This document shows positions 8,206 to 15,724 of a stretch of DNA of 32,000 nt, piece after piece. Each line of letters begins with the position of its first letter. Position 1 is the first letter of the stretch. The notes below the pieces were generated by a model that saw nothing but the letters and a program-made list of their open reading frames with translations, had not been told where the DNA came from and made no database searches. Position numbers and translations under genes: made by a program. The DNA is from Akkermansia muciniphila ATCC BAA-835. Lineage in GTDB: Bacteria > Verrucomicrobiota > Verrucomicrobiia > Verrucomicrobiales > Akkermansiaceae. The stretch lies in contig NC_010655.1 of NCBI RefSeq assembly GCF_000020225.1, forward strand, positions 2,430,001 to 2,462,000, in the 5' to 3' direction.

Positions 8206-8965
8206 GTTTTGCCTTGAATCCAAAATAAGGCACAGTACAACAGACAGGGCTGGGGGACAAATACGTGGAGGGTTTTGCCTTGAATCCAAAATAAGGCACA
8301 GTACAACAGCACTACAGCATAATATCCAGAGCCAGAGGTTTTGCCTTGAATCCAAAATAAGGCACAGTACAACGTCTTTGTTCCTAATGGAAAGAACACC
8401 GTTGTTTTGCCTTGAATCCAAAATAAGGCACAGTACAACCTTCGCATAACACACATAATGCAAAGTCGGGTTTTGCCTTGAATCCAAAATAAGGCACAGT
8501 ACAACTCATCACTCTTTCCGGCGTTCCCCTCATCGTTTTGCCTTGAATCCAAAATAAGGCACAGTACAACCATTTGACAGGGGAGACTTCCATAAGCTCA
8601 GTTTTGCCTTGAATCCAAAATAAGGCACAGTACAACAATATCTAAAATCCTCAAACCTCTACACCGGTTTTGCCTTGAATCCAAAATAAGGCACAGTACA
8701 ACGGAGGAACCTTCTACCCCTACGGACCTGCTGTTTTGCCTTGAATCCAAAATAAGGCACAGTACAACTTGTGGCGCAGCATGCGCCGCGGCCATTGGTT
8801 TTGCCTTGAATCCAAAATAAGGCACAGTACAACGTAGCGCAGGTAGAGCTGACGGATGATCATGTTTTGCCTTGAATCCAAAATAAGGCACAGTACAACG
8901 ACTTTGATGCCGAAAATAATGCTTATCATGTTTTGCCTTGAATCCAAAATAAGGCACAGTACAAC
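8206..8965 (+). CRISPR. CRISPR array with 12 identical 36-bp repeats and 11 spacers (29-30 bp)
   Basis: The repeat is GTTTTGCCTTGAATCCAAAATAAGGCACAGTACAAC, starting at 8206, 8272, 8338, 8404, 8470, 8535, 8601, 8667, 8733, 8798, 8864 and 8930. All spacers are unique. The plus orientation is inferred from the tracrRNA anti-repeat geometry. Confidence 0.97.
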
Positions 8966-8990
8966 AGATACTGTGCCTTATTTTTATGTT
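8946..8990 (+). terminator. Hairpin plus T-run formed by the last repeat and an inverted partial repeat copy
   Basis: aaaataaggcacagt (8946-8960, inside repeat 12) pairs perfectly with actgtgccttatttt (8970-8984). The loop is acaacagat, followed by t/atgtt. It sits between the array and the cas2 stop. Confidence 0.5.
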
Positions 8991-9025
8991 CAGCGACTTA
9001 TAAAAAAATACGGCGTCCGATATTT

Positions 9026-9358
9026 TTACCAGAGGAGCATCTGCTGAGGCAGGGAAACCTCCTGTCGGGGACAAGACCTGCCATGAAAAACGAACATCTT
9101 ATCCCACTGGATATTCGTAACGAAAAGACAGCGGACAGAACCATCAGGCGGTATCATTTTCTGGATTCTGCGGGAGTGGGTAGCCATTCTTTCCTGAGTA
9201 ACGCACGCGCGGGCATAGACGCTATACTGAATCATCGTATAGCCGTCTTCTAAAAGAGCCTTACGGAAATATTGATAGTTTTTTTTATCTTCCGGCGTGG
9301 TTGTGGGAAGATCAAAGAACACAACTAGCCAGCCCATTTTATAGTTGTCATAAGCCAT
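9026..9358 (-). CDS. cas2: CRISPR-associated endoribonuclease Cas2 (type II)
   Basis: 110 aa. The motif WLVVFFDLPTTTPEDKKNYQYFRKALLEDGYTMIQYSVYAR is a typical Cas2 ferredoxin-fold N-terminus. The gene overlaps the cas1 3' end by 34 nt. Confidence 0.9.
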   Translation of the reverse strand: MAYDNYKMGWLVVFFDLPTTTPEDKKNYQYFRKALLEDGYTMIQYSVYARACVTQERMATHSRRIQKMIPPDGSVRCLFVTNIQWDKMFVFHGRSCPRQEVSLPQQMLLW

Positions 9359-10260
9359 GGTTCATACGGTTCGGATTGTCCGGCAAGAACTGCTTTGCGG
9401 AAACTGCGGCAAACGGCCTCTACCGCCGCTTTCAACGGCAGCTGTTTATCCCGGTACATGACAGAAGCCTGCAAGGTGGCTGTAATATGTTGCCTGAACT
9501 CACGGGTGATTTCTCCTGCTCTCTCTTCTGTTTTTCCTTCCCGCAGGCACAAATGAATCCAACGGGCCACATTGGCGTCAAAGGCAGGCCTGAAGGGTTC
9601 CATCAGATCATAAGCCAAAGGCGCCGCATGTTCCCGGGATTGATGAAAAATGCCGAAGCAGGGATCCAGCCCCAGAGCAAAGAGATATTGCAATATGCAA
9701 GACAACAGAATAGCGTACGCATAGTTGAAGAGGTTATTAAACCCCTCCTCATGACGTCCCCTGCGAAAATCGGAGTTTGCCCATGTATCCGCAAATACGC
9801 TCCAGAACAGGCGGGCGCACTCTGCTTCCCTCGCCGTCTTTTCCGTCACGGCCATTCTCTTCAGCTCCGCAATGGCGGGATGATGCGGATTCCATGCTTG
9901 GGCCAGAGCCGTCTGATTCCCACACTTGGCATCCAAAGTCTTTTGCCAAAGGCGGTTCCGCAAACGGGCCGGCATATCCGCCAGATGTCTTAGCAGACCG
10001 GTATCCGTAGACCGATCCGCTGGCAGGAGCAGCACGGCAGGCCTGTAGCTTTCACACAGCACAAATCCTATTCTCTTCCTGGCCAGTTCTATCAGCAAAT
10101 TGCTCGTGAGCGTCGCCTTAAAAGAACTGAGCACAACAGCCCCCACATCCTCCAGCGGAATCGTTCGGGGAGAATTCTCTCCATCCGCGCATCTGAGTTG
10201 GCCCTTGTCGCAGCTCAGATGGCATGTATAGGCATCTATGCTTAGAATATGGTATGACAT
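9325..10260 (-). CDS. cas1: CRISPR-associated integrase Cas1 (type II)
   Basis: 311 aa. The Cas1 C-terminal catalytic region is present (NNLFNYAYAILLS..., GIFHQSREHAAPLAYDLMEPFRP). The gene follows cas9 after 10 nt. Confidence 0.95.
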   Translation of the reverse strand: MSYHILSIDAYTCHLSCDKGQLRCADGENSPRTIPLEDVGAVVLSSFKATLTSNLLIELARKRIGFVLCESYRPAVLLLPADRSTDTGLLRHLADMPARLRNRLWQKTLDAKCGNQTALAQAWNPHHPAIAELKRMAVTEKTAREAECARLFWSVFADTWANSDFRRGRHEEGFNNLFNYAYAILLSCILQYLFALGLDPCFGIFHQSREHAAPLAYDLMEPFRPAFDANVARWIHLCLREGKTEERAGEITREFRQHITATLQASVMYRDKQLPLKAAVEAVCRSFRKAVLAGQSEPYEPWLMTTIKWAG

Positions 10261-10270
10261 GTAAAATGCC

Positions 10271-13200
10271 TTATCGTGGAGTTCCCGTATAAGAAGTAGG
10301 GTATCTTTTCATCTGGTATTTTTTTAATAAAGAAATGAGATCTACTTCACGCCAATTACATTCATGCGTCTTATTTTTAGGTACAGCGCAATGCGCTCTC
10401 TGAAGATCTAATTTTACGCCACCTTTTGAATCCTGTATGGATTCAATTCTCCATACACCTGCATGCTTGGGATCTTTAGACGAGGTTAAATGAATCAACA
10501 TGCCTTTTTTCAAAATGCGCACCGGCTTGCCGCCGTTCTGTTCTTTCAGGGCCATGATTCGCTTAAACACCTTAATATGTCTGATCACCACCGGCTTGGG
10601 ATCTAACGCCACTCCATAATTGCCATCAATTTCTATGGCTGCCTTAAGAGCCTTCAATTTTGACGGGCCTTCCGGAAACACTCCGACCAATTTGCTTGCT
10701 TTTACCTGATTTTTTTCCTTCTTCCCATCTTTCTTTTTGGAAAGAGAAACCATGGCATCCTCCCCGCTTCCATCAACAGAAAGCACTCTCTGCATGGTTT
10801 CCTTGAGTAAAGCGCCGCCCATGTCTGCAGGGACATGCTGAATGACCCTCTGCTCCATCAATTGTTCACGAATATTTTCTTTAAGAGAGGCGGAAAGATC
10901 ACGCAACATCATGCGTCCATCATCATTCAGGACATAATGACGCTGATTCGCAACAGGCCTGACTTGAGGTATCAGTTTTTCCGGAATTCGGCGCATGGCA
11001 AGAACACGTCTCAGCAAACCATTATGATGAGCGGGTATGATATAGGGAATAAGCCCCAGCACACAGGCATCCAAGGCATGATGCAAATGAGTGAGAGAAC
11101 GCAGGTTTTCCTTAAGAATCTTGCCGGAGTCCGGGTCGGCAGCTTCCGGGCATAATTCCTTAAAGACCCCAAAAACATCCCACGCCTTGCGAACTTCAGC
11201 AGTAACAGCGCCGGGAATCATGTCGATGTGCGCATCCGGCAGAGAGGTTTTAATAGACTTGCATGCCAGTTTCATCAGGTGGGAACTCTGCGTCATCATG
11301 CCTTCCGTCATGCCTATTTCCTTCATGGCCTCGTGATTTTGTGATTGATGTTTATGAGACAATCCCCTCACCATCAGTAAGGCTTTGCGCTTCTTTTTGC
11401 GCCTGCGGTCATCTTCATGCCCCTTCTTGTCATCCAACTTTTCAACCAATTCCCTGTAATTATTCAGGGAACAAATATGCAGGTTGGGTTTATCCGGCAC
11501 AGGATTCTCCTGCTCCTGCTCCACAAAGTCGTACCCGGTGCGCTGACCTTTCATCCTATTGACTCCCGGCCAGGTAAGAACCAGAGAAGAAAGCGCGTTA
11601 GACTGCCGGAAAGAATGGGGCACGATATGTTCCAGCTCCAGATTTTCCAGCTCATGATCGCCATACGTTGCGCCGGTGAACGGGCATGTCCAGTTCATGT
11701 CCATGGCAATGCGGCACTTGCGTATCAGGTTGGCAGAAAGCGCTTTCCCCGGCAACTTCCGTTTTAATCTATTGACGGCATCCGTATGGCTTTTCTGGCG
11801 CAGAGTTAGTTCTCTCTGAATTTTTTTGCTGTCCATGGCGGAAAACGTCGTCAGCTCCTTGCCAACTTCCACGCAAACGCGGGAGATTCTGTCTTTTTGC
11901 CCGTCAGCGAAATCTTGAATCAGATCCTTCAGCAAGCGATCCAGAATCAACATACGGTGACGCACAAGGTGGTTGTTGGTCATCGTATCAAGACGGCGCT
12001 CTTTCTGGTGCTGATTCACGGAAGAATCCGTATCAAGGAGGCAATACAGGCAACCGTCATGCGCTTTCAGTTCCCCATCCGGATGCGCTTCCCCCCGGGC
12101 AGGACGCGTCGGATCTTCTCCATCAAGAATTTCTTCCACCACTTTTTTCAAGACGGTGCGGGCATACGGCGCACGCCCCGTCGCATATTTGGGTTTTAAC
12201 GGAGTGTCGGCATAATCCGCCTCTTTCTTTTTAGATTCTTTCTCTATTTTCTTTTCCAACGCCTCGCCAGATTCCCCACGAGACTTAAGCAAATTCAACA
12301 AATAGTTTGGAGTAACGGACTTCCCGCGACGCAGGCGATTGGCGGCAATTCGATACACAGACGGCGAAAGAATTTGCCCGATGCCGCTTCTTTGCAGAAC
12401 TTCCACGGCAGGGTTCAGGTAAAGAGCCTCTTCGCTGTCAGGATGCAAAGTAAAATAGTTGCTTACATTAGTCTCTGTCTCCTTTCCCAGACGGGAAGAA
12501 ATAGCCTTCTCCAGAGAGGCTTTGGTCAACTTGCCTTCCTGTCGGGCCTGATTCATCAATTCTCTGCGTATCTCTGCAGAAAGAGGTTCTCCGTCTGCAC
12601 GGATATTGCATAAAATCCGGGCCATGCGGTATTCATAAAATTCCGGGCAATTCGCCGTGGGCACCTTGGATAGTTTTTCTGCCCGTTCACGGGCGCTTTG
12701 CTCAGAATTGCCTTTCTTCAACTCAGCTTCATACACCTGCGCCCACGTGACAGGGCAGCGGCTGATGATGCGGTTATCAAAACGGGGGATTAACTGCCCG
12801 AACAAAAGACTTCCACGATAACGCCGAGCCAATTTTATCCCGTGCTGAAGCAACACGCCGCGCTGTTCCGTTGTCAGGGGATGATGCTGCGCAATCAACT
12901 CTATGATCTCCGCAGTCAGCCCAGGAATCAGAGGCGCGGAAAGCTCCAATATGCGCCGTACCTCCTTTTCCACGATTAAGCGAGGAAAGGCGGTATTGAG
13001 ATTTTTATAAGCCGGCGTTGAAACCTCCATCGGAGCATCCGCTTTGCCTTCTTCCAGTTTCAACTCCCGGCAAATGGTTTCCGCCATGGTCGCCGTCCCA
13101 TGTTTATCCATCAAATCTTGAGCATGCTTCACTCTCTCGGTATCCTCACCGTTCCCGCCATCTTCTGAAAGGCTGTTAGACCATGAGGCATTATTGTCGT

Positions 13201-13579
13201 ACCCTCTGTTATGAGCATACCAGCGGAGAACATGCCAAAGCTCAATCGGGGCGAGAGTTCGATGCCCTTTTAACGCTTCTGACGCCAAATAAAAGGGAGC
13301 GGGGTGCCCGGAAGTTTCTTTCATTTCCGGCGTGATGATTTGCGCCTGAACCAGCAATCTGCCGATACGCTCAATGCGAACGCGCCGGGAGCGGATATTG
13401 CGTCTCAAACGTCTGTATTCACGCCTTTTAAATGCCTGACAATCATCTTTCGGAAACAGAACCGTACCGCAACCGCAAACCGAGGGATCCGCATCATCAT
13501 GGGATGCGGAAGCAATGACAGCCCATCCAATGGATGCATAACCAATATCAAACGAAAAAGTGAGAGAACGCGACATCAC
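10271..13579 (-). CDS. cas9: Cas9, compact type II-C (1102 aa)
   Basis: RuvC-I (FSFDIGYASIGWAV, Asp11), Arg-rich bridge helix (RREYRRLRRNIRSRRVRIERI), HNH (LELEHIVPHS...VNRMKG) and RuvC-III (HLHHALDACVLG) are all present. With only cas1 and cas2 as partners and no csn2 or cas4, this is subtype II-C. Confidence 0.97.
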   Translation of the reverse strand: MMSRSLTFSFDIGYASIGWAVIASASHDDADPSVCGCGTVLFPKDDCQAFKRREYRRLRRNIRSRRVRIERIGRLLVQAQIITPEMKETSGHPAPFYLASEALKGHRTLAPIELWHVLRWYAHNRGYDNNASWSNSLSEDGGNGEDTERVKHAQDLMDKHGTATMAETICRELKLEEGKADAPMEVSTPAYKNLNTAFPRLIVEKEVRRILELSAPLIPGLTAEIIELIAQHHPLTTEQRGVLLQHGIKLARRYRGSLLFGQLIPRFDNRIISRCPVTWAQVYEAELKKGNSEQSARERAEKLSKVPTANCPEFYEYRMARILCNIRADGEPLSAEIRRELMNQARQEGKLTKASLEKAISSRLGKETETNVSNYFTLHPDSEEALYLNPAVEVLQRSGIGQILSPSVYRIAANRLRRGKSVTPNYLLNLLKSRGESGEALEKKIEKESKKKEADYADTPLKPKYATGRAPYARTVLKKVVEEILDGEDPTRPARGEAHPDGELKAHDGCLYCLLDTDSSVNQHQKERRLDTMTNNHLVRHRMLILDRLLKDLIQDFADGQKDRISRVCVEVGKELTTFSAMDSKKIQRELTLRQKSHTDAVNRLKRKLPGKALSANLIRKCRIAMDMNWTCPFTGATYGDHELENLELEHIVPHSFRQSNALSSLVLTWPGVNRMKGQRTGYDFVEQEQENPVPDKPNLHICSLNNYRELVEKLDDKKGHEDDRRRKKKRKALLMVRGLSHKHQSQNHEAMKEIGMTEGMMTQSSHLMKLACKSIKTSLPDAHIDMIPGAVTAEVRKAWDVFGVFKELCPEAADPDSGKILKENLRSLTHLHHALDACVLGLIPYIIPAHHNGLLRRVLAMRRIPEKLIPQVRPVANQRHYVLNDDGRMMLRDLSASLKENIREQLMEQRVIQHVPADMGGALLKETMQRVLSVDGSGEDAMVSLSKKKDGKKEKNQVKASKLVGVFPEGPSKLKALKAAIEIDGNYGVALDPKPVVIRHIKVFKRIMALKEQNGGKPVRILKKGMLIHLTSSKDPKHAGVWRIESIQDSKGGVKLDLQRAHCAVPKNKTHECNWREVDLISLLKKYQMKRYPTSYTGTPR

Positions 13580-13601
13580 AAAAAAACTGCTTTAATTCAT
13601 A

Positions 13602-13628
13602 TTATATGCCAATATTGCATTCCATCAA
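13602..13628 (-). promoter_or_regulatory. Candidate cas9 promoter
   Basis: The minus strand reads TTGATG-15 nt-TATAAT (plus coordinates: -10 at 13602-13607, -35 at 13623-13628), about 20 nt upstream of the cas9 ATG in an AT-rich spacer. The 15-nt spacing is short. Confidence 0.3.
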
Positions 13629-13664
13629 GTATTTTAAAAATTATTCCATTCAGAAAAAAAACAG

Positions 13665-13694
13665 TTGACAAAACATCTGAACATCACTTTAACT
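13665..13694 (+). promoter_or_regulatory. Candidate tracrRNA promoter, divergent from cas9
   Basis: TTGACA (13665-13670), 18 nt, then TTAACT (13689-13694). The predicted start at about 13700 falls at the first base of the anti-repeat. Confidence 0.35.
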
Positions 13695-13699
13695 CCCAA

Positions 13700-13814
13700 C
13701 GGATTCAAGACAAAATTTGAAATGCAAACCGATTTTCCTGACTGCCAGCCAGTCACACCGGTAACAAAAGCATTTTTATCAAACTGCCATGTGTTTCAGC
13801 ACATGGCAGTTTTT
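13700..13814 (+). ncRNA. tracrRNA candidate
   Basis: GGAUUCAAGACAAAAU (13701-13716) pairs with repeat nt 1-16 (GUUUUGCCUUGAAUCC): 14 Watson-Crick pairs, 1 G-U and 1 mismatch. A structured tail follows, with stems 13720-25/13770-75, 13728-31/13759-62 and 13739-44/13750-55. A perfect 10-bp terminator, ctgccatgtg/cacatggcag (13784-13809), is followed by TTTTT. Confidence 0.65.
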
Positions 13815-13833
13815 ACACCTTCTGAAAGTTCGA

Positions 13834-13891
13834 AAGACTGACAAAAATCCGTCTGGAATTGCGCGGCCAAAGGCGGACAATCCCCTGCGCC
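13834..13891 (+). repeat. Direct repeat copy 2 (58 bp), att-like
   Basis: Identical to 8127..8185 minus one g. It lies 19 nt after the tracrRNA T-run and 51 nt before the alr ATG. Confidence 0.9.
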
Positions 13892-13942
13892 GGGAGCGTC
13901 CGTCGCCCCTCTTTTTTTCAACCTTTCCGCCATTCTCCAACC

Positions 13943-15049
13943 ATGCCAGCAACCAGCCCTCCCCGCGCCTGGGCCGAAATCGACCTTGGGGCCATCCGCC
14001 ATAACCTGAATGTCGTCAAACAGGCGGCCAAAGGGGAATATTACATGCCCGTCGTGAAGGCCGGCGCCTATGGCCACGGCCTGGAACAGGTTTGCCGCAC
14101 GCTGGATTCGGAAGGCATCGCTTTCTTCGGGGTGGCCAATGTGGGAGAAGCCCGGCGCATCAGCCAGGCGGGCTGCCGCACCCGCCCTTACATCCTGGGC
14201 CCCGCGTTCCCGGAGGAACGGGAGGAAATCGTGCTGAACGGCTGGCGCTCCTTCATTTCCACCATGGAGGAAGCCGCGCATTACAATTCCCTGGCGCGGC
14301 TGTACGGAAAGACGCTGCCCATCCACCTTTCCGTGGATACGGGAATGGGCCGCGGCGGATTCCTGCCGGACCAGCTTGAAGAACTGCTTTCCCGCCTGGG
14401 AGAACTGGACAGCCTGCATCTGGAAGGCCTGGGCGCTCACCTTCCCTGCGCGGACGAGGACCGGGAGATTACGCTCAGGCAAATCTCCCGCTTTGAACAG
14501 ATGGCCGCCCGCATCCGGGAAAAACTGCCTTTGAAGTACTGCCACCTGGCCAACAGCGCCGCCTCCCTGGATTATGAAATTCCCTCCAACAACATGTGCC
14601 GCCCCGGCCTGGTGCTGTACGGTTTTTCCCCCATTCCCTCCCCATGGGCCGCGCAATTGAAGCCGGCCATGGCCCTTTTTTCCCGCCTGACGGTGGTGCG
14701 CACGCTGCCGGAAGGCCACGGCATTTCCTACGGGGGTACCTTTGTGACGGACCACCCCACCAGGGTGGCGACCGTAGGCATAGGCTATGCGGACGGCTAC
14801 CTGCGTTCCCTGGCCCACAAGGGCGCCCGCGTCATGGTGGACGGCGTTTCCTGCCCCCTTCTCGGGCGCGTGACGATGGACCAGATCATGGTGGACGTCA
14901 GCCGGGCGCCGCACGCGGAACCGGGCATGACCGCAGAAATCATGGGGCCGCATATCCCCGTGACGGAACTGGCGGAAAAGGCCGGCACCATTTCCTGGGA
15001 GATTTTTACCGGAATAGGCCCCCGGGTACCCCGCCACTACACCCACTAA
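13943..15049 (+). CDS. alr: Alanine racemase
   Basis: Alr N-terminus (RAWAEIDLGAIRHNL...) and PLP-lysine region (VVKAGAYGHG). I trimmed the start from 13859 to the ATG at 13943 to avoid reading through the direct repeat. Confidence 0.9.
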   Translation: MPATSPPRAWAEIDLGAIRHNLNVVKQAAKGEYYMPVVKAGAYGHGLEQVCRTLDSEGIAFFGVANVGEARRISQAGCRTRPYILGPAFPEEREEIVLNGWRSFISTMEEAAHYNSLARLYGKTLPIHLSVDTGMGRGGFLPDQLEELLSRLGELDSLHLEGLGAHLPCADEDREITLRQISRFEQMAARIREKLPLKYCHLANSAASLDYEIPSNNMCRPGLVLYGFSPIPSPWAAQLKPAMALFSRLTVVRTLPEGHGISYGGTFVTDHPTRVATVGIGYADGYLRSLAHKGARVMVDGVSCPLLGRVTMDQIMVDVSRAPHAEPGMTAEIMGPHIPVTELAEKAGTISWEIFTGIGPRVPRHYTH

Positions 15050-15145
15050 ACCAGGCAGGAGGGAAAAGGGCCAAGCCGGCCGCCCATTTCTGGGGGCTTC
15101 TTTCCCGATTGACGGACAGACAGAAATATCGTTTAGTTAGCCAGT

Positions 15146-15589
15146 ATGATGAAGGTTTCCACCAGAGGACGTTACGCGCTGCGCCTGATGATTGACCTCG
15201 CCCAGCACCGCGACGAGGGTTACATCTCCCTGAAGGAGATTTCCGCCAGGCAGGACGTTACCGTACGTTATCTGGAACAGATTATCGCCATCCTTTTGAA
15301 AGCGGGATTCGTCCAGAGCTTCCGGGGAAAGGCCGGCGGATACCGCCTTTCCAGGCATCCGCGCGAATATACTACGGAAGATATCCTGAAACTGACGGAA
15401 GGCTCCCTCCTGCCCCTTTCCTGCACGGCTTCCCACGAGAATCCGTGCCCGCGGGCGGCCGGCTGCGCCACGCTGCCTTTCTGGCGCGGGCTGCAACAAG
15501 TCATTGAGAATTATTTGCGTCGCGTAACGCTGGAAGATCTGGCCGAACAGCAGAAGGAAATCGGCTGCGACTACGGAGCAGGTATTTAA
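15146..15589 (+). CDS. Rrf2-family transcriptional regulator (CymR/IscR-like)
   Basis: 147 aa. MKVSTRGRYALRLMIDLA...ISLKEISARQDVTVRYLEQI is the canonical Rrf2 winged HTH. Cys residues are present in the C-terminal half. Confidence 0.85.
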   Translation: MMKVSTRGRYALRLMIDLAQHRDEGYISLKEISARQDVTVRYLEQIIAILLKAGFVQSFRGKAGGYRLSRHPREYTTEDILKLTEGSLLPLSCTASHENPCPRAAGCATLPFWRGLQQVIENYLRRVTLEDLAEQQKEIGCDYGAGI

Positions 15590-15663
15590 GCAGCGGCCGC
15601 GGGCCTGAACATTTCCCTTTCCTTTCCCATTCCGGCCCATGTCCCGTTTTTTTTACCCGGAGC

Positions 15664-15692
15664 TTGACATTTGCTTTCCTTTTCATTATTTA
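15664..15692 (+). promoter_or_regulatory. Candidate promoter of the metY-cysK-thiE-thiM cluster
   Basis: TTGACA (15664-15669), 17 nt, then TATTTA (15687-15692). Inverted elements TATTCC/GGAATA (15691-96/15711-16) and TTCC-gata-GGAA (15703-14) sit at or after the predicted start and may be an operator. Confidence 0.4.
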
Positions 15693-15724
15693 TTCCCTAG
15701 TTTTCCGATAGGAATATAAAAACC

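Larger units (their letters stand above)
8127..13891. mobile_element. Direct-repeat-bounded type II-C CRISPR-Cas cassette (array, cas2, cas1, cas9, tracrRNA)
   Basis: The 59/58-bp direct repeats lie 20 bp outside the first CRISPR repeat and 19 bp outside the tracrRNA terminator. The interior is AT-richer than the flanks and the integrase is adjacent. Confidence 0.45.

Noticed and set aside
8966-9025. The cas2-array spacer as the tracrRNA locus, because it contains a 15-nt repeat complement.
   Set aside because: It pairs with the 3' half of the repeat rather than the spacer-proximal part. On the minus strand it would run directly into the array with no tracr tail. The 13700-13814 candidate has the canonical geometry, a promoter and a terminator. 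I kept this region as a hairpin/terminator finding instead.
8044-9074. Several 75-158-aa ORFs on both strands with periodic peptides (for example LYCALFWIQGKT and FCLESKIRHSTT).
   Set aside because: They are translations of the CRISPR repeat. The periodicity comes from the 65-66-bp repeat-spacer unit, not from protein coding.
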